DNA from: Laetmonice hystrix
Lineage: Eukaryota
Direction of reading: 5' to 3'
Length of the DNA stretch: 64,000 nucleotides
Assembly: GCA_965235115.1 (NCBI GenBank)
Contig: OZ249436.1
Span: 35,404,001 to 35,468,000 of the forward strand
Shown here: positions 40,477 through 51,149 of the stretch, piece after piece
How positions within the stretch are numbered: position 1 is the first letter of the stretch
Layout: each line of letters begins with the position of its first letter
Notes under the pieces: generated by a model
The model's database searches: none
Seen by the model: the letters and a program-made list of their open reading frames with translations, nothing else
What the model was told of the DNA's origin: nothing
Made by a program: the position numbers and the translations under genes

Positions 40477-40880
40477 TGATGCATAGATTCCTATGTAACT
40501 GATGCATAGATTCCTATGTAACGTTTGTAAACCATGCATAGATTCCTATGTAACTGATGCATAGATTCCTATGTAACGTTTGTAAACCATGCATAGATTC
40601 CTATGTAACTGATGCATAGATTCCTATGTAACTGATGCATAGATTCCTATGTAACTGATGCATAGATTCCTATGTAACTGATGCATAGATTCCTATGTAA
40701 CTGATGCATAGATTCCTATGTAACTGATGCATAGATTCCTATGTAACTGATGCATAGATTCCTATGTAACGTTTGTAAACCATGCATAGATTCCTATGTA
40801 ACGTTTGTAAACCATGCATAGATTCCTATGTAACGTTTGTAAACCATGCATAGATTCCTATGTAACGTTTGTAAACCATG
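40477..40880. repeat. Compound minisatellite of 23-bp and 32-bp units
   Basis: ATGCATAGATTCCTATGTAACTG interleaved with ATGCATAGATTCCTATGTAACGTTTGTAAACC. Confidence 0.95.
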
Positions 40881-41065
40881 CACTCCCTCTCAGAGTAGAC
40901 TGCTATACCTGGGTAGATGGCGTTTCCCAGATTGGACCATTCACACGTGGGCAGATGACGACACTAATTGATTTCTTCGCAATACATTATCTTGTGTGTG
41001 GCCATTTACATCAAGTCGGATACCAACACCGTCGTGTTACGAGCAACGAGTGCGACAGGCAAACA

Positions 41066-41270
41066 CCTAATAAATTCTTCAGTTGCTAAAAAAGATTGAA
41101 ATGGCCACATAACGCCTAATAAATTCTTCAGTAGCTAAAAAAGATTGAAATATATATAGTACATGTATATACATAACGGAGCCAGCTAAAAGGAATGGCC
41201 ACATAACGCCTAATAAATGCGTCAGTATAGCTAACAAGGATTGAAATAGTAACATAACGCCTAATACATG
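41066..41270. repeat. Degenerate ~49-bp tandem repeat, about 4 copies
   Basis: CCTAATAAATTCTTCAGTWGCTAAAAAAGATTGAAAT...ACATAACG recurring. Confidence 0.7.
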
Positions 41271-42055
41271 CCTTCTATATATTAACAGACCATATTTTAT
41301 ATGGCGACACGGATTGTCAGTGAGGAAAGGCTAATGGTAATTCTGACAAGTCTACACTGCGCCTTCGTCTCGCCGTCCGTGGCAGGAAGCCCCAGACTTC
41401 TGTGAAAGCGACCCTTGAAGGCTTCACTTTCTGAGAACGACCAATCTCATTCATTAAGGTAGCCTAACAATAGCCTCAGAGTTCAGAGACCGCACATGGC
41501 ATAGACTGCGGGGGATGGCAAACTCGCCGGTAATTCATGAAAAGAGCGCTGTTGGAATAATACGATAAGGCTTGCTTTTGGAAAAACGGCTTGTTGCGGC
41601 AAATCCGGCCGCATGACGTTAAAAACGTATGGTTGTGCATAGAGAGTTATTCCTTATTATTCTATGACCACAGATGGTTAATGCCAAGAAGATACTACCT
41701 GCTGCCAACACTGTTTTCTCGTCATTGAAACATTGATCAACCATATCAATGTTCACAGACGTTCTGGAGGTTGGGGAGTTGAGGAGAGTCAGGTTTCATC
41801 TTACCGCGATTAATGCCACTTAAAAAAAGAAGCACAATATTTCCGACTGAACGGATCAGGTTCGTTCGACCAAAATAAAAACTACTAAATGAAGGTTGTT
41901 CAAACCACCGAGACAAAACCTGTACAAATGATCAGAAATCGGTGTAATGGCACTGTTTGTCTGACAATTTTCAGAAACCAGCACTGCTTACAGAGAAGTG
42001 GGCTTCTGAATCCGGTAGTGCTATTTTCTGTAGCATCGTTTTAATACTGTTATTA

Positions 42056-42364
42056 AGGCCTATCAAAAATGTTTCCGGTTTGTGTCTCCTCAAAAATAGG
42101 GTCGGTAAGTAGGGGGTTTATTTGATTTTATTTAATATTTTATTAATATATTTCAATATAGCATGATAACATTTACTTAGTAGACCTATTTAGTATGCAG
42201 TCTCCCGTGGAAGTAGGCCTAACTATGCCTGACTATTTGGCGAGTTGCCTATTGGCGTAATTATGTCGCCATGTTACAAACGTGACTGGAAAAACATTTC
42301 GAGTCGGTAGGTTTTAACAGGGTCTGACGGAAACCGGAAACAAACTTTTTTTTGGTTTCGCCTA
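42056..42364. mobile_element. Degenerate MITE
   Basis: AGGCCTATCAAAAATGTTTCCGGTTT versus AAACCGGAAACAAAC(T)nGGTTTCGCCT, imperfect inverted ends. Confidence 0.5.
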
Positions 42365-42688
42365 AAATGCGAATACGTTTACGCCTACGTTTTTTTTTTT
42401 GCTGTTGAATATTAACGATTTAACAAATGGTGGTTAACATTCAGTATCAGTCTCAACTTGATGACGTCACGCAGCAGGAACGTTTATTAAAACACATCCG
42501 ACGACTACTGAACATCTTCACTGATTTGTTATAATCGTTCACACCTAAAGTTGCAACGTTTTCATGTTGTTTACTTACATTATTTCTGCATTGATTCCGC
42601 GTCTGACATTATGTTGGGACGGAAAACAGGCTTAGCATTTGGTTTATTCATTAAGCACTCTCGTTTATTAAGTACAAACATTGAAGTA

Positions 42689-42962
42689 CAGGGGTGTCGG
42701 AAGCTATTGATAGCTGGGGGGAGGGGTCCAAGCCTGAGGCCAGGAGCCGTCTACCTCTGGTCAGCCTATGCCATTGACAGGGGGTAGCTTTGGTTACCAT
42801 GCAACGGCTGCCGGCTAAAATATGGGGGCATTTTGGGGTAATTTAAGCATGGAATTTTGACCTTTGGACATTGGGGGGGGGGGGGGGGGGCAAATAATAA
42901 TTTGGCCCCCTCCTGTAATATCGAGAGGGGCATGCCCCCCGCCCCCTGTTCCCACACCCCTG
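42689..42962. mobile_element. MITE-like insertion upstream of the caspase coding exons
   Basis: CAGGGGTG ... CACCCCTG termini flanked by AAGTA on both sides; internal poly-G. Confidence 0.6.
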
Positions 42963-43275
42963 AAGTATGAACGTGATCAGGTAATATGGAAACTGAAGAC
43001 TGTCGTCTTGAAAATACATGAAAACTCGGACAGACGTTGAGCCTTTAGATCAGCCTATAAACGACGGGTTGATGTAGTGTAGAGCATTGTAAAGGTGTGA
43101 CCATTTCATAACTGAAGGTTTCCCTCAATGCTATCTTTGTATGCTGACACCTTCCATGTATCTCACCATATATCAAAGACATTTTATATGATAGAATCTC
43201 TTTAATTTTTTTTTTACATATTTTTTTTACTCGTTTTGTTTCCCATGTAAAACAATGCCATGATGATGTTGACAG

Positions 43276-46085
43276 AGGCGATAATCCAGATGGACCCCTG
43301 CCGACCGAGATGAGGTTTGACCGTTACAAGTTCACCTTCCCCCGGCGTGGCCGTGCCATCATCATCAACAACCATACCTTTGACCGGAGACTTACCGGCC
43401 AGCAGGACCGCGACGGCACTGACGTGGACGCTGCCGCCTTGGAGAATGTTTTCATGGCGCTGAACTTCGAAGTGACTCGGTATGATAACCTGACGACACT
43501 CGACATGTCCATGAACATGAGGGCAGGTATGGTGTTCAACTGGTATAGGTCTAGTGGGAAAGGTTGATTTACTTAAAGATGTATTTACCTGGCGATAGCA
43601 ATATCCCAGGTTTCGATCAGAAATGCATGAATAAACAATAACAACAACATCGAATTTTTGTGTGGTTAATTTCGTGCTAAGACTTAAGTTCAGATGAAGA
43701 GGTGATCGTCTACAATTTAATTGTGGATGTGTTAATGTTTCAGTGGCAACCGAAGACCACAGTGATGCAGACTGTTTTGCGTGTGCCATTCTCAGCCATG
43801 GAGAGATGGGGGAAGTTTATGGCACCAATGGCAAGATAAAGATTGATAACATCACCAAAAATTTCAAGGCAGATGTCTGCCCTACGCTAGCAGGAAAGCC
43901 TAAACTCTTCTTTATTCAGGTTTGTATAAAAGAATCGTTTGACAAATCATATATTTTTTTTTACCAAACATGAAGTTGTGATCTTTGGAGATATTTACAC
44001 TTATTTTAAATGTCATTATTTCATGGAAAACTAGACTGCCTTTAGAGGACTCAGAAATCGTTTCTGTGTCCCTACTGTAGGCTTGTGTTGTAGCTTTGAC
44101 TGGGGTGCCACTGGGGTGTCGTGGGAGGAGGTTTGACTGGGGTGCCACCGTGGCCAGTAGAGCAGACCGTCCCTGTTTCCCTGTTGTAGGCGTGTCGTGG
44201 TAGGAGGTTTGACTGGGGTGCCACCGTGGCCAGTAGATCAGACCGCCCATGTTTCCCTGTTGTAGGCGTGTCGTGGTAGGAGGTTTGACTGGGGTGCCAC
44301 CGTGGCCAGTAGATCAGACTGTCCCTGTTTCCCTGTTGTAGGCGTGTCGTGGTAGGAGGTTTGACTGGGGTGCCACCGTGGCCAGTAGATCAGACCGTCC
44401 CTGTTTCCCTGTTGTAGGCGTGTCGTGGTAGGAGGTTTGACGTGGGGTGCCACCGTGGTCAGTAGATCAGACTGTCCCTGTTTCCCTGTTGTAGGCATGT
44501 CGTGGTAGGAGGTTTGACTGGGGTGCCACCGTGACCAGTAGATCAGACCGTCCCTGTTTCCCTGTTGTAGGCGTGTCGTGGTAGGAGGTTTGACTGGGGT
44601 GCCACCGTGGCCAGTAGATCAGACCGTCCCTGTTTCCCTGTTGTAGGCCTGTCGTGGTAGGAGGTTTGACTGGGGTGCCACCGTGGCCAGTAGATCAGAC
44701 CGTCCCTGTTTCCCTGTTGTAGGCGTGTCGTGGTAGGAGGTTTGACTGGGGTGCCACCGTGGCCAGTAGATCAGACCGTCCCTGTTTCCCTGTTGTAGGC
44801 GTTTTGTGGTAGGAGGTTTGCCTGGGGTGCCACCGTGGCCAGTAGATCAGACTGTCCCTGTTTCCCTGTTGTAGGCCTGTCGTGGTAGGAGGTTTGACTG
44901 GGGTGCCACCGTGGCCAGTAGATCAGACTGTCCCTGTTTCCCTGTTGTAGGCCTGTCGTGGTAGGAGGTTTGACTGGGGTGCCACCGTGGCCAGTAGATC
45001 AGACCGTCCCTGTTTCCCGGTTGTAGGCGTGTCGTGGTAGGAGGTTTGACTGGGGTGCCACCATGGCCAGTAGATCAGACCGTCCCTGTTTCCCGGTTGT
45101 AGGCGTGTCGTGGTAGGAGGTTTGACTGGGGTGCCACCATGGCCAGTAGATCAGACCGTCCCTGTTTCCCTGTTGTAGGCCTGTCGTGGTAGGAGGTTTG
45201 ACTGGGGTGCCACCGTGGCCAGTAGATCAGACCGTCCCTGTTTCCCTGTTGTAGGCCTGTCGTGGTAGGAGGTTTGACTGGGGTGCCACCGTGGCCAGTA
45301 GATCAGACTGTCCCTGTTTCCCTGTTGTAGGCGTGTCGTGGTAGGAGGTTTGACTGGGGTGCCACCGTGGCCAGTAGATCAGACCGTCCCTGTTTCCCTG
45401 TTGTAGGCGTGTCGTGGTAGGAGGTTTGACTGGGGTGCCACCGTGGCCAGTAGATCAGACCGTCCCTGTTTCCCTGTTGTAGGCGTGTCGTGGTAGGAGG
45501 TTTGACTGGGGTGCCACCGTGACCAGTAGATCAGACCGTCCCTGTTTCCCTGTTGTAGGCGTGTCGTGGTAGGAGGTTTGACTGGGGTGCCACCGTCGCA
45601 GACGGAGTTGAGGACGAGACTGATGCCGGATCTATTGATGACCAGTCCATTCGAAGAATCCCGGTGGAAGCAGACTACCTCGTGGCCTACTCTGTCGTGC
45701 CAGGTAAATATTTGTCATAATATGCTCGTCCGAAGTATTTTCAGTATTCTAATAAACTGAATAGCTTCACACATACATGTATAATGTGATTGAATTTCGA
45801 AGATTTAAATGAGTCAATGATGTAGTTTTAACATTGTAACTGCCGGTAGGTTACTTCTCTTGGCGTAACAACGTGGACGGGTCGTGGTTCGTTCAGGCTA
45901 TCTGCCGGGTTCTCCGCGAACATGGCCACACGGAGGAACTGATGAGGATGATGACCCTCATCAATAAAGTGGTCGCCTACGACTTCGAGTCGTGCACCGA
46001 TGACGACTTCACTAGCAAAATGAAACAGGTGCCATGCATGGTGTCTACTCTCACTAAGGAAGTGTTTTTCACACCAAAATATTGA
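43276..46085 (+). CDS. Effector caspase (caspase-3/7-like); N-terminus unresolved
   Basis: Exons ~43276-43526 (RGRAIIINN, RDGTDVDA), 43744-43919 (CAILSHG catalytic His; LAGKPKLFFIQ), 45559-45703 (ACRG completing QACRG; linker EDETD/A; IPVEADYLVAYS), 45850-46085 (GYFSWRN, GSWFVQ, KQVPCMVSTLTKEVFF*). Phases consistent. Confidence 0.93.
44050..45596 (+). repeat. 76-bp tandem array spanning the caspase intron/exon acceptor junction
   Basis: Unit GCGTGTCGTGGTAGGAGGTTTGACTGGGGTGCCACCGTGGCCAGTAGATCAGACCGTCCCTGTTTCCCTGTTGTAG. Acceptor AGs end at 44189, 44265 ... 45482, 45558 (19 copies) plus a degenerate copy at 44080. Confidence 0.97.
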
Positions 46086-46492
46086 TAGTGTACCAACATG
46101 CACGGGTGTTTCCAAAACATTTTTTCCGTTTTGGAAGGCAGCAAATGGGCGGTTTATGTGTATTGTGCAACCCTTTACCGTTTATACATATCTTACAAGG
46201 TTGTAAGTAAATTTCACGAGATTACCAATGCAGTATATTTTTCACAAGGTGTTTTTAATGAATTGGTCCTTTGAATTATTTTGAATTCGTTTTTAGGCAC
46301 TGCCGATGATGTATGGGGAGCGAATAGAAGGGGATTTAAAATTGTTTAGGCAATTTTTCGGGGAAGACAGGCAGTATTGAATAATGGTTAAATTCTGCCG
46401 GATTGCCTTTCTGGGAAGTTTGAAATCAGGTATTGTTTCTACCCCATGAACCCTCCCGAAAAGAACAGGGCGGTGTCTGCCTAGTTATATAA

Positions 46493-46690
46493 AGGGTGAC
46501 CCAGCAAAATTCAGGATGAAATATGAAATAATTCATGATTTATTACATAATATATTTTGGGGAGCTCAACTAATGTCCTAAACGAACGCTCCGATGTGGT
46601 ATACCTGTGGGTAGAAAAGGATTGAAATTAATTATTATGATTAGTAGTTAGAAGTACTATGTAAACTCCTGAATTTTGCTGGGTCACCCT
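46493..46690. mobile_element. MITE with perfect 24-bp TIRs
   Basis: AGGGTGACCCAGCAAAATTCAGGA ... TCCTGAATTTTGCTGGGTCACCCT; flanks ATAA / TCAA resemble a decayed TTAA. Confidence 0.8.
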
Positions 46691-49600
46691 TCAATTGTAA
46701 TCGAGGTGATTTATATATCATTGACGGGGTTTAGCAGAAAGGCTTACGGCAGCATCGTTTGGTTTGACTCGGATTGTTGTAGGACGAATTGGTGGAATTA
46801 TAAATGTTATGTAAATCTTGTGTGGACACGTTAGTGTTCAGATTGAACTGATCACGCCGCATTATATTGTAATGTACTAAAACATAGTATTGAATATATT
46901 TTGATCTAAATTAGTCAACGGATGGATCTCAAATAATATCGTCGCGCAGGCTTTATTTGAATAGAAGGGTTCTCTCATGAGCTTTACAACTGTGGCCTTA
47001 GTAAACGCTGCCATGATTGCTGGCCGTGGTCACCAAATGCTTACTGCATATCTTCACTGGCTTGCTCAGATAGATCTGTGATATTATGTGTAGACCGATA
47101 CAGAGGTGTTCCAACACAGGGATAGCATTACAGGAGTTCCTCGTCTTCCTAAAGACGCAAACTAACTGGAAACGTGCATGGTGTCTTTCCCAAAAATCTG
47201 ACATTCCTCATATAAAACTGCAGATCTAGTACACTTTTTTTAAATGAGTAAAAGAAAAGGTTTTATTGGAATCTAACTAATTTCAAGGCGAGGTGTTCCC
47301 GGTTCCAGTACCATTGTGATATTGATATTTCTAAAGTTTTGAAGTCTTCTGACTCGCAACCAGCATCGCCATTTTCATCGTCCATGACACGGTCATGACA
47401 CAATATTATGGCCATGAGTCGTCAGTGTCTGTCAGCAGTGGGTTTTATGAAAGTGCGTAGTTATTGCACTGGTGGTCGCCGTGATATGGAACCTCCTTTT
47501 AGGTGCTTTCAATGTATGTTTCCTTTTGATTTGCCGAACCTTTTTTTTCATTTTCGAATGGTCTTGCTTTGATATACATTATGCTGAATCTCCTGGGAGA
47601 TCGTTGTAGAATCTCCCCCTGTCGGCGATAGGTGGCTCATGGCACTGGAAGCGACATCTAGTGGCGAGAAACGTTACCATTCTCCCCAAAACTGGTAACC
47701 AGGTGATGATAACTTGTGAGCGCACGCTCGTAGTGAGAGATTCACGAAGTGCATCCATGACAAAATTTTAACTGCTACGGTCTGTGAGCGAGTGAATATA
47801 CTTGTTTATTACCCCTAAAGTCTGTATCCAGGGGAACTGGTGCTTTTGCTGTTTTTCCCCCCGAAATGTTTTTCTTTAATGTTATCATAATATAAACATC
47901 GATCTTCTGTGTCTGGAGACCGGATTGATTTTCACATTTTTGTGTTCATGATCGCTGATCTTCGTCTGGCACGAGGCACATGTAAATTTACCAAACAAGG
48001 TTGCCTACCTGATTTGTGATAAAGTCGCAGCATGATGCCGTATCGACAGGTATTTTACACAAGGGTTGTTTGTAGGTTCAATGTTCCTATTGTATTTGTG
48101 CTTGTGTAAGAAAAGTCAGATGAGCGATCATAGGAGAGATGGGGCCAGACACTGGAATGTCTACTAGGACTACTAGCTTGAAACGCATAATTCGACAGTG
48201 ACTGAAAGTGCTGACGTAGGTTTTAGATGAGTCACTGATATTAAGCCTATGTAATACTAGGCCTACTGCTCTGTATCCGAGCAGGGCCTATCACCGACCC
48301 CTTCACTGAGAACTTTATAATATAATTAGGGCCGGCGAAAAGCAAAAACCCTTTTCAAAATTTATGTCAGATTAAATAACAACATGGCAATATACAAGAT
48401 TCCACTTGCCGCCTATGTTGTGTCAGATCCAGGGTGTTTACGCAGCTAGATGTACGAATATTTCGGTGTTTCCACCAGCTCAACCGTTTTTTCCACTAAT
48501 TACTCAGATACCCGCTCTCCTAAGGACTTCCGGTGATGGGGAAATCAAAATGGTACCCAAATTGTTCGTCGTCCCTAGTTAAGGATTTCAAAGTTGAAAT
48601 TAGCTTTTTTTCACACAGAAAATCGTTATCATATGTAATCGGAGGTATAGGTAATGGCATATTTTATTAGTTGTGCTATGCTAATTAATTAATTAATTAT
48701 TAGAATTTTTAGACGGATCGAGTGCTGAACGAGCGCCAATGCTCATTCACTAAAATCTAGGCCTACAAGTTGATGGCCGTCCTGGGATAGCCTTGACGGG
48801 ACGGCTACGAGATCTACACGGATATATTATAATACACTTTACAGAATCAATAAAAATATACATCCGAGGTGGCCGGCTTATGTTTTCAATCCTAGAGGTT
48901 GTGGCGACATAATGGGGTAATATTACAGATTGTTGAAAGAGGTGAGAAATAGTTTGCCCAGGTTAAATGATGAAGTATTGTCATTGGCAGAGATTACATT
49001 AGATTCATTCCGTCGCCTAGTATTGGCCGCAAAAGTCTAGATCGGCTTAGGTGCTGCCACCTGGTGAAATTTGCAGCCTTTAAAGATCATATTACATGGT
49101 CTTCCAACGGGTTTGGAGAAGAACGGACCTGTATGGTCGACGTAAGTTAATGTCATACAGTTATAGTAAAGAGAAATGGTAGGAGGGGTGGTGGGTTAAA
49201 GTGGTCTTATTTTTGGAACCTAATTAAAAGTAAGGATAAGATGGATTGCTAAGGTCATTATTCGCACTGACACCTGGAGGCTGCAGGTGGTACGACTTGC
49301 TCAAGCCATTCGAGAGATGCTTTCTTCGTTTAGACTGGCCGAAATAAATCGGTATCACAAGGCAAATTTGTAGGATAAACTCCGGAATCCGGAACCTGCA
49401 GATAATTTTGAGAACGAATCGAGAAATCAGAAAACAATTCTTTAAAAACTAGACCTAGGAATTATCCAGATGTGAGAATTTTCTGTGTAACATTCTTTTT
49501 AAACAACTATGCATTTTCTTGCAAACTACATGTACTTGTATTTTCTTAGAAAGAAAATTCCCACAGCCTCGCAGCAATAATGTCTAGTCGCCATAGGTGG

Positions 49601-50402
49601 CGAATGTTAAAAACATGCTAGTGCAGGTAAGATGCACCATGGCGGTCCTCGTCTAGGAGTAGGAATGGTGTAATCCTAGATTGCCTTAATCCATAAATTG
49701 CAGGATCGAACGACATGAAAGAGAAACTCCATAGTTTCCAGGCATCCAGCTGTTATAGACTCACAGGTTAGAACAGGGCATTATTTGCGGCTTGTTGTAA
49801 TTGAGTGTATATGATTACATATAGTTACAGGTCCGTAAAGGTCTGTTATCAAATGTCAGTGCGATATAGGCTGACAGTAAGCAACATTTTCTAACTTTAG
49901 GATGGACTATATAGATCTCTATTAGTAATGCGAAGTATACCCAAGTATCGTTGCCTTTGAAGAATTGCGATCCCACGCGTGTCTTTTTCATAACGGTCCA
50001 TCACATAGGCCGTTATAAACCGATATTCATAAGTGAAAATCAAATGGGCAGCTATAGATTCTAATCATAAGGTATTAGTTGAGAATGATGCGATATTGTC
50101 AGATTAAAACCTGGTTCCATCTACACATCAGTGAACCGTCAAAATGAACGGTTAAATAAACTGACTTGATCTTGATCTTGGGCCAAATTAGACGCCGATT
50201 GACAAGATATGGGCGAGTTAAAGGATATATGAAGGACACCAGATCAAATATAATATGTATAATGTATCTTTAGGCCAAATAGTACGATCCAAATTATCAG
50301 GTATGGTCATTGAAATCGTGTTGCTGGTTGTTAGGTAAGATTTTAAAATGTCAAAACACGTAAAACTGGTAAAAGTGGTGTACGAGTGATTTCGGCCTAA
50401 CT

Positions 50403-50490
50403 AGGTTCTGGATTTTGTGAGGGACGTTCGGTAAGGTTCTGGATTTTGTGAGGGACGTATGGTAAGGTTCTGGATTTGGTGAGGGACGTT
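50403..50490. repeat. 31-bp tandem repeat, 3 copies
   Basis: AGGTTCTGGATTTTGTGAGGGACGTTCGGTA and variants. Confidence 0.85.
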
Positions 50491-51149
50491 ATTTCATGGG
50501 TAATTGGATCATGTAATAACGGCGCACAGACAGATCCCACGAGTAGCTCTGCACAATCACGTACCTGACTGGTATTTGTGTTAAAGATAATACTTGTTTG
50601 TGTTGCATCTTTTGGACGGCTGCGGTTTAACAGCAGGCCCTATACATAATCTCCAAGCAACAATATAATATGTAAGACTGACTTTATTTTGGCACAATGC
50701 ATTTTGAGACACGCTGTATGCCCCGGGATACATGTATGATCCTATTGGGCTCATTGGCAAATCGTGGAGCTTAATAAGCCTTCCCGAATGTATGGCCTCG
50801 AATTCAAGTCTTTGTTCGGGTTTCGTTCGTTGAATAGACCAACACCCCAAGGGTCATGGGCAGCTGGCCATTTAAAGGATAGCAGGGCGATTGTTTCTGC
50901 CGTTATTTTACAGCACTTGATCGAATACGCTAGACGGAATTTTTGGAGTCTCGCGTCAGCAGGCAAGGGAATGTTGGACTATATGGATTCGTGAAAAATG
51001 GAGTTTCCTACTAAGGTCCTCCTTCGTAAAGAAAGGATCACTTCCTCTGAAAGACTGACGTGACGTGAGAATGTCGGCCTAATTCAAGTGGTATTTCATT
51101 CATTAACTTTACTCGTTAAGGTGTATGGGTGCATGAATACATCTAAACA

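Noticed and set aside
40477..40880. CRISPR-like appearance of a constant core with dyad symmetry
   Set aside because: Only two short recurring linkers, no unique spacers, no cas genes, eukaryotic context.
41299..41460. Candidate first coding exon of the caspase
   Set aside because: The ATG frame hits a stop before any donor; the N-terminus is left unresolved.
43214..43789. 191-aa ORF on the - strand
   Set aside because: Antisense shadow of caspase exons.
44050..45596. CRISPR array or tRNA cluster (76-bp period)
   Set aside because: Units are head-to-tail with no spacers, show no cloverleaf, and match the adjacent caspase intron/exon junction.
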